A stretch of 64,000 nucleotides of DNA. Source: Candidatus Obscuribacterales bacterium. GTDB lineage: Bacteria; Cyanobacteriota; Vampirovibrionia; Obscuribacterales; Obscuribacteraceae. The stretch's first letter is position 1. Every line of letters starts with the position of its first letter. Under the pieces are notes generated by a model. It saw nothing but the letters and a program-made list of their open reading frames with translations. It did not search any database and was not told the origin of the DNA. Shown one piece after another: positions 1 to 9,814 of the stretch. The DNA is taken from contig CBDDIJ010000002.1 of assembly GCA_965228855.1 (NCBI GenBank), forward strand, positions 1,504,001 through 1,568,000. The letters are read 5' to 3'. A program made the position numbers and the translations under genes.

Positions 1-213
1 TCTACTGACGCTCCGCACCTCGCCACTCCGGCTGCCAGCGAGGTAGAGGGCGAAAAGTATTCGGGGTTCAGGCAATTTCTTGAAGACCAGCAGAATGCCC
101 ATGACAAGCTGATTGTCGATCGTTTTTTACTCGGAGTCGCTGTGATTTTTGCCTGTATTGCCGCTGCCTTGTTGTTCAGCTTGCCGCCGAAACCCCGTGA
201 GCAGAAGGAATGA
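1..213 (+). CDS. 3' end of a membrane-anchored hypothetical protein (5'-truncated by window)
   Basis: Frame 1 is open from base 1 to TGA at 211-213: STDAPHLATPAASEVEGEKY...DRFLLGVAVIFACIAAALLFSLPPKPREQKE*, with a C-terminal TM helix. Confidence 0.6.
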   Translation, partial: STDAPHLATPAASEVEGEKYSGFRQFLEDQQNAHDKLIVDRFLLGVAVIFACIAAALLFSLPPKPREQKE

Positions 214-221
214 AGTAACTC

Positions 222-404
222 GTGGTTGTGGAGAGCATAATCATGTTTGTTATGGGCGCCATCTTCGTGTATGGCGGCGCTGCTTTGACGTACAACGCCT
301 TTGACGATGCTAAGAACGTCTTGGAGAGTTGCATATTCGGACTCGGCATTGTAACCGTTGGCATGACACTGATGGTTTGGGCGTTCACTGGTCCTCCAGG
401 CTGA
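222..404 (+). CDS. small two-TM membrane protein
   Basis: 60-aa ORF with two hydrophobic segments, co-oriented and tightly spaced with neighbours. Confidence 0.55.
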   Translation: MVVESIIMFVMGAIFVYGGAALTYNAFDDAKNVLESCIFGLGIVTVGMTLMVWAFTGPPG

Positions 405-468
405 TGATAAACTATGACCTTCTCGCGTCGTGCAGGCGACGTCCAGGCTTAAGAGGAGGAATGTTTCG

Positions 469-1266
469 ATGGTCGTGATGAACAGTCAGAAGGGCGCACT
501 TGCGTTGATGGCAGCAGTTGCTTTTGCCATTGGTGTGGCGTTTCCAGTAAACGCGGAAGAGAGTGGTAGCGCAGCAGCTGGCTCGCAATCGGGCGCCGCG
601 AAGGACGCCAAAGAGACTAAGGAAACGAAATCCGCGGACGACGCCAAGGACAAGAAGGGCGCAAAGAAGAGTAAAACCGAAAAAGAAGACAACAGCACAG
701 TTACGTTGCAAGAGAAACCAGGCGTAGGAGTCGGTCGCGAGGGCAACTGGAAGAAGCATGCACAGGGCGCTCCGTCATTGAAGACCGCTCGTAAAAAAGT
801 GGAAGACAATCCGAAGAGCGCTGACGCTCACAACGATCTTGGGTGGGCACTTCGCCAGAACGGTAAGCTGGAAGAGGCTGAGAAAGAATTGCGCCAGGCT
901 TTGCAGCTCGACGACACAATCGCGTACGGGCACTCCAACTTAAGCGTTGTACTGCTCGACACGAGTCGCGTAGGAGATGCTGTCAAAGAAGGTGAGCGGG
1001 CTGTAGCAATTGATGGAACCTCGCCAATCTACAGAGTCGTGTATGGCAACGCGCTCTCTGCCGACGGTAAGCTCGACGAAGCGATCGCGCAATACAACGA
1101 AGCAATCAAGCTCCGCGCTGATTATGAAAACGCGCTCTACAACCTTGGTCGCGTTCTTCACATGAAGGGTAAAAACGCTGAAGCTACAGCTGTTCTGAGT
1201 CAAGCACTCAAGCTCGATCCTAATGATCGTCGCGTCATGGACTTGATGGACAAGCTCGTTCAGTAA
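469..1266 (+). CDS. secreted TPR-repeat protein
   Basis: RBS GAGGAGG before ATG 469; signal peptide (..VNA-EE); Lys/Asp-rich linker; TPRs (AHNDLGWAL..EAEKELRQALQLD, ALYNLGRVL..ALKLDP). Confidence 0.85.
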   Translation: MVVMNSQKGALALMAAVAFAIGVAFPVNAEESGSAAAGSQSGAAKDAKETKETKSADDAKDKKGAKKSKTEKEDNSTVTLQEKPGVGVGREGNWKKHAQGAPSLKTARKKVEDNPKSADAHNDLGWALRQNGKLEEAEKELRQALQLDDTIAYGHSNLSVVLLDTSRVGDAVKEGERAVAIDGTSPIYRVVYGNALSADGKLDEAIAQYNEAIKLRADYENALYNLGRVLHMKGKNAEATAVLSQALKLDPNDRRVMDLMDKLVQ

Positions 1267-1429
1267 CCACGACTGTCTGAGTTGGAAACCTGTCTCACGG
1301 GAAGCTTAAAAGCTTCGTGAGCGTGAAGTATTTTGCGTTTTGGTGATTGCCAAGAGGGTGGGTTAAGAGTATATTCGTCTCTGTTGTGTTTTCGCGAGAT
1401 CTCGCCCCCTTACCATTGCAGGTGCAAAT

Positions 1430-1870
1430 ATGCCAAATACCAGACTGCGTTTTGCGCGGATTTCTCTTTCTGTTGTGCTTATGGCGTCGCTAACAGGACT
1501 AAATTTCGTTAGTGCTCCGGCGTTCGCTCAGAAGGAAACAAATGACGGTGTTACAGTTCAAAAGAATTCCGACGGATCTGTGGAAGCTTATGATGCAGGT
1601 GGTGCCGAAGAGCTAAGCGATGATGGTGGCGCCGGTGGTGCAGCACCCAATGATGGACGCGTCCACTATCGACCAGGTACATCTCCTTACCAGAAGAAGT
1701 TTTCGGATGGCACGACTGTGCGGAGAAACTCTGACGGGTCCATTGAAACCTGGGACGAAGGAGAAACTCAGCACATCAGTGGTGGCGGTGGAAGTGCGCA
1801 CCGGCGAACGGCGAAGAAGTCGACGAAAACCGTCACCAAGAAAAAGACGACTGCCGTGAAGAAGAAGTGA
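1430..1870 (+). CDS. secreted hypothetical protein with a duplicated motif and Lys-rich tail
   Basis: Signal peptide (APAFA-Q); repeats GVTVQKNSDGSVEAYD and GTTVRRNSDGSIETWD. Confidence 0.75.
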   Translation: MPNTRLRFARISLSVVLMASLTGLNFVSAPAFAQKETNDGVTVQKNSDGSVEAYDAGGAEELSDDGGAGGAAPNDGRVHYRPGTSPYQKKFSDGTTVRRNSDGSIETWDEGETQHISGGGGSAHRRTAKKSTKTVTKKKTTAVKKK

Positions 1871-1874
1871 AATT

Positions 1875-1904
1875 GAAACAGGGGCGCTCATCACGCCCCT
1901 GTTC
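1875..1904. terminator. hairpin between convergent genes, probable terminator
   Basis: aacaggggcg-ctcatca-cgcccctgtt inverted repeat. Confidence 0.55.
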
Positions 1905-1934
1905 CCTCATGTAGCCCGAGTGTGCCCCAATTTG

Positions 1935-4604
1935 TTAGTGCATTGGGGTGATGAAAATCACTTCTGACAGACGGGTCAACGCTGATAGTTTGTCGAAGGC
2001 AATCATGCCGGTGACAGTGAACTTGGTGCCCTGAGCATTAAATGAAGAGACGTTCTCCAGCCCAGCTTTCTTCAGAAGCGCCAGGATCGCTTTTGATTCG
2101 CTGGAAACGGTCACTTTGACGAATACCTTGCCGTCTTTGATTGTCAAACCGGTAATGTGTCCGTTGTTCTTCTTCAATGCTTCCTGAATGCCGACAAGAC
2201 GGGGGTCTAGTTTCGCCGAGGGGGCGAATTCTTCAACCTTCATCTCCGGTTTCGCCTTTGCATCATCAGCTTCCTTATCGACTGCGAGGCTGTTGGCTGC
2301 AATGTTGCTGCTCTTCTTGTAGGCGTGCGCTTCCTGGCTTGGAGCGAGTTGAAGTCTGCGCGCCTGTCCCCAGCTCGACTGGCTCAGGGAGCCGCGAACG
2401 GAACCCGCTCCTGGTCCACCCAAATAAGCCGCATCAGCGGAGGCGTGAGAACCAGCGCCAGCTGCGCCATAGTATGCGGTTTTACCCGGTGCGAAGTTGA
2501 AACGTGCACCGCCGCCTCCAGCCCGTGTTGCTATCATTGGTGCTGCCGGCATCGAACTCATCGATTTACCGAACACGCCTTCGCGACTTACACCATCAGG
2601 CATTTCTACTGGAACCACCTGAAGAGTCGGCTTGCCGCCTTTGGTGACGTATTGCTCTTCGACCGCGACGAACGACGTGTACTGCGTCATGATATGGTGT
2701 TCCAGCGCCGTCGCAACGATCTCGTCTTTGATTTCTTTATTAGGCTTTCCGCTCTGCGCGCCGAACCAGTCTTCAGACATGAGCCGGTCTACTTTCGCGC
2801 GAGCCCAGATCGATGCGATACCAGGATTGGTGGCATTCAGTTCAGGCAGCACGAGATTGATTGTCTGCTTGTATGGTTGTCCGGCACGCATTCCCGATAA
2901 AGTTGCCGTCGCCTTTCCACCGCTCAAATATTTCCCCTTGATATAGAGCGGCTTTTGCGCCCAGACATCCGAGACGTCTTTGGGAAAGACTTCTTTCGTC
3001 TCCACGCCAGTTATGCTCACTTTTACATCAGTAAGTACAGGTGAAGAAATTCGGTCGTAGAATTTCTTTCCGACTACGCCAGGTTCCGAGTTGAGTAACA
3101 CGAATTCGGACTCACCACCGCCTTCTCTGGCGATTCCGTCTATGAGGAAACGGTTGACGCTGTTGCCTGTGCCAAACGGAAACCATCTTGATGCACCGCG
3201 GTGTTTCTTGACCAGACCAAGAATTTCCATATCATTGCCGACATATCCGTCGGTCATGAAGGTGACTATTCGCAATCTGTTTTTGTCAGCCGGTTGATTG
3301 AAAACAGCCTCGACAGCCGGTCCCATCCAGGTACCGCCGTTGGCTTGCAATCCTTCGATGAATCGTTTTGCTTCTGAGCGTGTTTGCTCGGAATTTGCGC
3401 GCGGACGTTCGAACAAATTGGTATTTCTGTTGTTGAACGAAATGATTTGGAAGGAATCGTTTGGATTCATGTGCTCGACAATGTATGTCAAGGTCTCTTT
3501 TGCCTTCTCCAACGGCTTGCCGGATTGGGACCCGGAGCAGTCAATTAAAAATATCATCTCCTTGGGTGCCACCGTTTCCGGTGTCACTCTCTTGGGCGGG
3601 ACGAGCATCATTGTGAAGTATCCGGCCTTATCAGTTTTTGATTTCTTGTAAGTCAGGTAGCCACTCTTGATGTCTTCGCCGGCGACATCCCACTTTAAAA
3701 CGAAGTCTTTGTTTGGGATTGTGTTTTTGTCGACCAAGGTGACAGTTGCGTTTTGATCGGATTGATTGGAAACGCTTACTTCGTGAAGCGCTGATTTAAT
3801 GTTGCTGATTGGTACGCCGCCGTTGATGTTGACGCTGATTGAAATGTCGTGGCCGGCTCTGGTTCCCTCTGGTGTCACTGGTGGTGTTATGCGCGACGCG
3901 TCGGGAACCTCCGTTGTGTCGTGCGACCAGCCCGTGCCTTGCTTACCGATTGCCGGTCCGGGATTGAATCTCGGTCCAACCACGGTGGGAAACGCGAATG
4001 TGTATTTGCCGTCCTCATATGGCAGAAGGTCGATGTACTGAATAGTTATCTCGACTTCTTTTCCAGGTTCGATATTTGCAACTGATTGAGTAAAAATATT
4101 CGGACGTTCTTGATCTAGCAAGGACGCCACATTACCGCGGGCTTTGGCAGCTTCATAGATCTGTTTCGCCTCTTCTTTCTTCTTGATAGTGCCGTGGATG
4201 GTGCGCTGTCCCACTTTCATTACCATGTCATCGACAGCACCTGTGTCGGATAGCGGGAAGGTGTAGACCGCTTCGATTTTTTCTTTATATGGATTGTGAA
4301 ACGTCTGTTTAACTGTCACTCTTGAAACATAGCCGGAAACATTCGCAGTAACGCTTGTGTGTTTCAGAGGGCACTGTCCTAGTTGCTTGCCACTCGATGC
4401 CATCGCGGTGAGCTGCCCGGAGCCCTGCCCTTTGAACGTATCTTGATTCGACTCTTGTTTGGAACCGGGGCTTGCTACCGCAATTCGGGTGCTACCTTGT
4501 GCCCACGTTACCGGACTGACAGCTCCCGACAGAAGAATGGACAGCATCCCACCGGAGGCGAGCAATCGTCGAGCTGTCGTCGTGTCGCCATTTAAAATTG
4601 CCAT
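1935..4604 (-). CDS. secreted VIT + VWA domain protein (inter-alpha-trypsin-inhibitor-like)
   Basis: VIT motif (RVTVKQTFHNP..IEAVYTFPL), MIDAS DCSGS..GGT..MTDG, C-terminal YTSFVAVEE; signal peptide. Confidence 0.9.
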   Translation of the reverse strand: MAILNGDTTTARRLLASGGMLSILLSGAVSPVTWAQGSTRIAVASPGSKQESNQDTFKGQGSGQLTAMASSGKQLGQCPLKHTSVTANVSGYVSRVTVKQTFHNPYKEKIEAVYTFPLSDTGAVDDMVMKVGQRTIHGTIKKKEEAKQIYEAAKARGNVASLLDQERPNIFTQSVANIEPGKEVEITIQYIDLLPYEDGKYTFAFPTVVGPRFNPGPAIGKQGTGWSHDTTEVPDASRITPPVTPEGTRAGHDISISVNINGGVPISNIKSALHEVSVSNQSDQNATVTLVDKNTIPNKDFVLKWDVAGEDIKSGYLTYKKSKTDKAGYFTMMLVPPKRVTPETVAPKEMIFLIDCSGSQSGKPLEKAKETLTYIVEHMNPNDSFQIISFNNRNTNLFERPRANSEQTRSEAKRFIEGLQANGGTWMGPAVEAVFNQPADKNRLRIVTFMTDGYVGNDMEILGLVKKHRGASRWFPFGTGNSVNRFLIDGIAREGGGESEFVLLNSEPGVVGKKFYDRISSPVLTDVKVSITGVETKEVFPKDVSDVWAQKPLYIKGKYLSGGKATATLSGMRAGQPYKQTINLVLPELNATNPGIASIWARAKVDRLMSEDWFGAQSGKPNKEIKDEIVATALEHHIMTQYTSFVAVEEQYVTKGGKPTLQVVPVEMPDGVSREGVFGKSMSSMPAAPMIATRAGGGGARFNFAPGKTAYYGAAGAGSHASADAAYLGGPGAGSVRGSLSQSSWGQARRLQLAPSQEAHAYKKSSNIAANSLAVDKEADDAKAKPEMKVEEFAPSAKLDPRLVGIQEALKKNNGHITGLTIKDGKVFVKVTVSSESKAILALLKKAGLENVSSFNAQGTKFTVTGMIAFDKLSALTRLSEVIFITPMH

Positions 4605-4787
4605 AGTTTGTACCTCAAACTTTTACGCGCAGATGCCTGCGACTTCTAATAAAAGCCTACAGAGGTGGATGGCAATGCAACACAGGGTGATCCCTAGGGC
4701 GACGTTGGGTGGGTCACTGGAAAAGGTCCCAACTCTTTTTCAAATTCCGTACGTGGCAACCCTGAGATCTAGGAGGCTCTGCTTCAC

Positions 4788-5741
4788 CTATTGGCGCCCA
4801 AGTCTCAGCGCCACAATCTTGAAGCGCTGTTTCTCGCGGTCGAAAACAGGCTTGCCTTCCACTCCGGCGCCCCAGATTAGTGCACTGTCATAGCCGTTGT
4901 GAATGATATGGATTGTTCCAGGTTCGTCTTTCCAGTCATCCGGCATTTTGTTTCGCCACTGATTTGCCTGAGTGAAGGAAATGTTCGGGTCGGTCGTTAT
5001 TTTGATGCGCACTGAATGTGGTGGCGTTGCTGTTCCAAGCTGATTGGATTTAAACGGAGACGATGGATTGTGAAGTGGTTGTTCCGGAGGCGTGGAACCC
5101 ACTGTGCTAGCCGCTTTTCCTGCGAACGCCGCATAAGGACTGGTCATGGGAGAACCGGTTTGTACAACTCTTACACCGCCAGGCAACTCCTTTTGTTGAG
5201 AGAGAACCGCTTGCAGTTGTTTATCATCCGTGGAGTTCTGGTGCGGGTTTCCAGTATTCGAAACAGATGTATTCGGCGCGTTCGAAACCGTCGTTTGATT
5301 GGCCTGTTGAACGAGGGATTTCAACGAGTTGTTTGCTGTGGCGCCTGCGAAGAGATCTTCTTCGGAAACTTTTTCGCTGCTGGTTGTCGGTCCTCTAAAG
5401 ATAGGATTGTCTGCGTAAGGATTTTCGGCTACCAGCTGTCCCAGGCGATCAGCCAGACGAGCCGATTCCGAGCGGCTTAACGCAAGCGGGTCTTTTTGAG
5501 AACGGGATCGCATTCGATGCGATAGAACTTTTTTCAAGTCTTTTGCGACCAGGTCGATCTCTTGAAGCATTACGTCGTCTGCCTTTTGCGCAGCGATGAC
5601 TGCTTCTCTCATGTCTTTCAGGGCGACTAGTTGCAGTATTCTGAAATTTTTCGATGCGCACGCCGCCGGATCTGTCGTTGAAGATATCGACAGGGACAGC
5701 ATAGTTGCGATCAGCGTATATGTTTTAAGTCTGGACATCAA
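4788..5741 (-). CDS. secreted hypothetical protein with a low-complexity middle
   Basis: 317-aa ORF, N-terminal signal-like segment, S/T/P/N-rich linker. Confidence 0.65.
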   Translation of the reverse strand: MMSRLKTYTLIATMLSLSISSTTDPAACASKNFRILQLVALKDMREAVIAAQKADDVMLQEIDLVAKDLKKVLSHRMRSRSQKDPLALSRSESARLADRLGQLVAENPYADNPIFRGPTTSSEKVSEEDLFAGATANNSLKSLVQQANQTTVSNAPNTSVSNTGNPHQNSTDDKQLQAVLSQQKELPGGVRVVQTGSPMTSPYAAFAGKAASTVGSTPPEQPLHNPSSPFKSNQLGTATPPHSVRIKITTDPNISFTQANQWRNKMPDDWKDEPGTIHIIHNGYDSALIWGAGVEGKPVFDREKQRFKIVALRLGRQ

Positions 5742-5806
5742 AAGAGCACCGCGTGTGTCTAGTGTACGGTGCTCTCGATGTTTGGTGTGATGTTCGGAAT
5801 TAAAAA

Positions 5807-6052
5807 CTAATGTGCGCGGACCTTACCCTCTTCGAGGTCTTCGATCCAGTTGTGAGGCACTTCCACTCGGTCTGTGCCTTCCATCAGGGCGCGTTCTTTC
5901 AGGTCCCAGAGATATTCAAAGAGACCAGCTCGTTCAAGCGTCCTGTGTGATGTATAAATCTTGTTGAGTCGCTCTTTCAGCGCGTTCACTTCTACTGAAA
6001 CGAGTTTGCTGTCTTTTTCTTTGGCGGCAAGCGACGAATAAGAATTGCCCAT
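5807..6052 (-). CDS. hypothetical protein
   Basis: 81-aa ORF with RBS GGGGAG upstream; globular composition. Confidence 0.65.
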   Translation of the reverse strand: MGNSYSSLAAKEKDSKLVSVEVNALKERLNKIYTSHRTLERAGLFEYLWDLKERALMEGTDRVEVPHNWIEDLEEGKVRAH

Positions 6053-6196
6053 GGTGGACTCTCCCCGAAAGCGATTTTGTATGTTCTTCTTCTTCTATTC
6101 CCTGGCGATTAAAGAATTCACAGAAGAGCTGCATGTCAAGTGATTAAACGTGTGTCTTGGCAACGGCGCGTTGTGTGGATTGTTTGAAAAACAGGC

Positions 6197-6229
6197 AACA
6201 AAAAAGCCCGGTATCAACTGCCGAGCTTG
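6197..6229 (-). terminator. intrinsic terminator of rpsU
   Basis: Minus strand aagctcgg-cagttgata-ccgggctt followed by a T run. Confidence 0.65.
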
Positions 6230-6297
6230 ATTTCAGAATGAGGTTTAAACCGAATCACAGCCCCAGAGGACTGCAGACTGTTTCAACAGAACCGCAA

Positions 6298-6471
6298 TTA
6301 CGAACGACGCTTGCGTGCTGCTTCAGCTTTGCGTTTTCTTTTTACTGAGGGTTTCTCATAACGCTCACGGCGTTTGATCTCTGACAAGATGCCAGCCTTC
6401 TGAATCTTCTTCTTGAAGCGCTTCAGAGCCTGTTCGATGCTCTCTCCCTCTGCAACTCTAACTTCCGACAA
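6298..6471 (-). CDS. rpsU: 30S ribosomal protein S21
   Basis: Translated by hand (57 aa, below the ORF-track cutoff): [60 protein letters not shown] start with GGAGG RBS. Confidence 0.95.
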   Translation of the reverse strand: MSEVRVAEGESIEQALKRFKKKIQKAGILSEIKRRERYEKPSVKRKRKAEAARKRRS

Positions 6472-6811
6472 GGGTCCTCCCCCCTGGATTTACCAGAAAA
6501 CGATCTATCCGCCGCTTGCGCGGCTCCACTGTACCGTCGGCAAAGCAACATACACTTACCTATGGTCGTTGCCATATTATCACGCGATGCTGAGTCCTAA
6601 CAATCGCCCTTGGGCTGAACGAGGACATTGCTTAACGATCAAAACATAGCTGAAAGACGGCTTGGCGCGAGCGTCCTCGGTGACAATGCTTGCGTTAGTA
6701 GCGTTTTATTCCCACTCCGTTCGGCTGATAACGTTATCCTTAGAGGCTTTCCGGAAACTAGTGGTCGTTTACAATCGCAGCTTTCAGACGAAAACACGCC
6801 CCATTCACTGT

Positions 6812-8893
6812 TTAATGCGCTAGTTCCGCATGGACCCTGGCGGTTGATATCAACTGTTGGGACACTGAGGGCGGGACGGCGGCGAGGTGATCGAACTGCC
6901 ATTCGTAATAGGCAAGCCCTTGAGTACTGGTCCGCAGCTCGATGATGTAGTCCCAGAGCTCCGCCTGGGGAAAATGAGCCGTGATAATGTCCCAACGTTG
7001 CCTGTCCGGATTTGCTCCGAAGCCAAGAATTTGACCTCTCCTCCCTGTGATGTGGCTCAGCACCGTCGAGGTGTATTCGTTTGGAACGTAAATTTTCGCT
7101 TCTGCAATCGGTTCCAAAATTATGGGCTGAGCTTTGACCATTCCCTCTTTCATGGCGAGGATTCCAGCCATTCGGAAGGACATCTCGTCGGAATCGACAT
7201 CGTGAAATTTGCCGTCATATAGGTTCACCGACACATCTACAACTGGAAACCCAGCAAGCGGTCCGTGTAAGAGAGCCTCCATCACTCCCTTTTCGGTGCC
7301 TGGAATGTATTGTCTCGGGACAGAACCGCCAACGATGGTTTCGGTAAATCTGTTGCCGGCTCCGCGCTCTAAAGGTTCGATACGAAGGAAAACTTCGCCG
7401 AATTGCCCTTTGCCACCAGTCTGCTTCTTATGGCGTCCGTGTGCGTCTACGGCGGTAAGGATCGTCTCCTTGTAAGAAATTTGCGGACGATTGCTATCGA
7501 GCTCGATGTGATATTTTCGCTCCAGGCGGTGTCTGCTGATCGAGAGATGGACCTCGCCCTGCCCATAGAGACAGTATTCATGCGTATCCGGGTCACGGTC
7601 AACTTTCAGAACAGGATCTTCTTCAATCAGTTTCCCAAGGAGTGTCGACAATTTCGCTTCATCCGATCGTGATTTTGGCGAGATGGCCAGAGAGTAGAAC
7701 GGAAGAGGACGCGGCGGTGTCGGCATCACATAGTTGCCTTCCGAGACAAGAGTGTCGCCGGTTCTCGGCGTCTCCATTCTTGCCAGCGCAACGATGCTTC
7801 CAGGTCCGGCGTGATCTATCGGGTCCTGCCGCTTGCCCTGAAGTGCATACAAACCGCCCACGCGTTCCTTGTGTCCGCTCTTGCTGGCGTCAAACAGTTG
7901 AGTGTCATGCCGGATTGTGCCGGAGAAAACTCGCACTATCGAGAGCTTGCCGGACTGCGGGTTGACGTAGGTTTTAATCACCTGCGCAATCACTGGTCCA
8001 TCGTCCTTCTGCGTAATTACTTGGCCGTCTCGATCTTTGATCTCCCGCTCCCCAGGTGACGGACAGAGGGATATGATTTCATCGAGAAGTGAAAATAAGC
8101 CTCCGTCAGTCACTGCTGAACCTATAAGAATCGGCACGAACAGTCCATTCTGGACTGCCGATTTGAGCTCTTGTTCCAGCATGTCGATCGATGGCTCTTC
8201 TCCTTCGAGAACCATTTCAAGTAGCCTGTCATCAGTGTCTGCGAGGCTCTCAATTAGTTTCTCACGAGCGCTGTTAACGGTTTCAGTCAAATCGGCCGGC
8301 ATCTCAATCTTAGATAGTGAGCCCTTTTCGCCAAATTTGTACGCTTCTTGTTTTAAAACATCGACAAATCCGGTGAACGATTCGCCCGTTCCAATCGGGT
8401 AATGCAGTGATGCGAAAGGGCGCGGTGTGTTTTTTCCTGGAATGTCCTTGAGTGCAGCGAGCGTTTCATCAAGCGGCAAATCATGTTTGTCCATTTTATT
8501 TATTATCAGAAGCCTTGCTATGCCCAGGTCTTCAGTGAAATTTAGCAGCGAGTCCAATTGAATCAATCTGTGAGGATCTGGTTCCACAACGAAAATCGCC
8601 GCGTCGACGCCCATTAATGCCAGTTTGACCTCTTCGGTGAAGTCTATGAATCCCGGGCAATCGAGAATATTGAATTGAACGTCTTTGTAGGTAGTATGAG
8701 CGAATGACACCTGGGTCGACAATTGACGTTCGACGGCTTCGGGTTCGTAATCGGTGGTCGTGTGCCCGTCGGCGATTTTGCCTCGACGGTTGTTGGCACC
8801 GGTTATGTGCAGGAGAGCCTCGATAAGGCTCGTCTTTCCACTCTTGTTGATTCCTATGAATGCTACGTTTCGTATATTGGCGGGACTTGACAC
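6812..8893 (-). CDS. elongation factor G paralogue (EF-G2-like)
   Basis: G1 GINKSGKTS, G3 DCPG, G4 NKMD, domain IV KKQTGGKGQFG and HDVDSDEMSF; divergent G-domain. Confidence 0.9.
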   Translation of the reverse strand: MSSPANIRNVAFIGINKSGKTSLIEALLHITGANNRRGKIADGHTTTDYEPEAVERQLSTQVSFAHTTYKDVQFNILDCPGFIDFTEEVKLALMGVDAAIFVVEPDPHRLIQLDSLLNFTEDLGIARLLIINKMDKHDLPLDETLAALKDIPGKNTPRPFASLHYPIGTGESFTGFVDVLKQEAYKFGEKGSLSKIEMPADLTETVNSAREKLIESLADTDDRLLEMVLEGEEPSIDMLEQELKSAVQNGLFVPILIGSAVTDGGLFSLLDEIISLCPSPGEREIKDRDGQVITQKDDGPVIAQVIKTYVNPQSGKLSIVRVFSGTIRHDTQLFDASKSGHKERVGGLYALQGKRQDPIDHAGPGSIVALARMETPRTGDTLVSEGNYVMPTPPRPLPFYSLAISPKSRSDEAKLSTLLGKLIEEDPVLKVDRDPDTHEYCLYGQGEVHLSISRHRLERKYHIELDSNRPQISYKETILTAVDAHGRHKKQTGGKGQFGEVFLRIEPLERGAGNRFTETIVGGSVPRQYIPGTEKGVMEALLHGPLAGFPVVDVSVNLYDGKFHDVDSDEMSFRMAGILAMKEGMVKAQPIILEPIAEAKIYVPNEYTSTVLSHITGRRGQILGFGANPDRQRWDIITAHFPQAELWDYIIELRTSTQGLAYYEWQFDHLAAVPPSVSQQLISTARVHAELAH

Positions 8894-9129
8894 GACACTT
8901 CTCCTCTCGATGGGAAAGAAGGGCTTCCTGGGGCTCTGGGATAATTCATTCGGCTAGAGTTCAAACTTCACTTCCTTTTGCTGATGACAACTTGCGTTTT
9001 TCGACAAGTGGCAGTGGGAGCCGATAGCCGGGCTTCCACGAAATTGTCTTTAATTCGATTCTACACCTTGCGCAAAAAGATGCGCGCAACTCGACTCGGG
9101 CTGCGCGCATTGATGATTCAATCGCCGGA

Positions 9130-9654
9130 CTAGTGGTTGTATGTGTCCGTCGCTGGTCTTGCGCCTTTCGTTTGTGTCCCAAGCAGAGCGTTCTTAGGAT
9201 CTTCGTAGATTTGAGTCTGGAAGAGGCTCATGAATTTCTTGCTGGAGCGAACTGCCATCGGAAAGTTATACGTCAGAGGAGGCGAATAGGTAATTGCAGC
9301 CGGTTTGCTGGTGTCACCGCCAGTCACGATCCAGTTGATGGTCTTCGTGCCTGGCAGACCGCACAGGTCGAAACCGACAACCAGCAAAGGTATCGCTGTC
9401 AGAAAGAACAGCGGTCCGACAAACATGTGGCAGAGCAGACCCTGCTTGACCTTAATGAGAGAGCGTTCGCCAGGCGGTAAATGGATGAACCACGGCGAAA
9501 CCAAGGTAAATGGCAAAAATCCAGACCAGTAATGGATGCGACCGAGCACGACCGCGTTCCAAGCTTTGTAGCAAAATGAGCCGCCAAGAATAATTAGGAC
9601 GACGCCAATCGCGATCAAGGCTGGTGGAGGTAGTTGAGATAGGGCGTATTGCAT
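9130..9654 (-). CDS. membrane protein, hypothetical
   Basis: 174 aa with 2-3 hydrophobic segments. Confidence 0.7.
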   Translation of the reverse strand: MQYALSQLPPPALIAIGVVLIILGGSFCYKAWNAVVLGRIHYWSGFLPFTLVSPWFIHLPPGERSLIKVKQGLLCHMFVGPLFFLTAIPLLVVGFDLCGLPGTKTINWIVTGGDTSKPAAITYSPPLTYNFPMAVRSSKKFMSLFQTQIYEDPKNALLGTQTKGARPATDTYNH

Positions 9655-9814
9655 AGTAAGTTTGGTCCTGACGAGTTGATTAGCAAGAACTTGTCTAAAA
9701 CAAGTCTACAACGTTTCATGATGCTTATTATCATACCCAAGACTCTTGACGTGCGAGATACAATACAGCCTTAATTCGACATATGGGATCCGTACAAGGG
9801 GCAATCAGAAGGGT

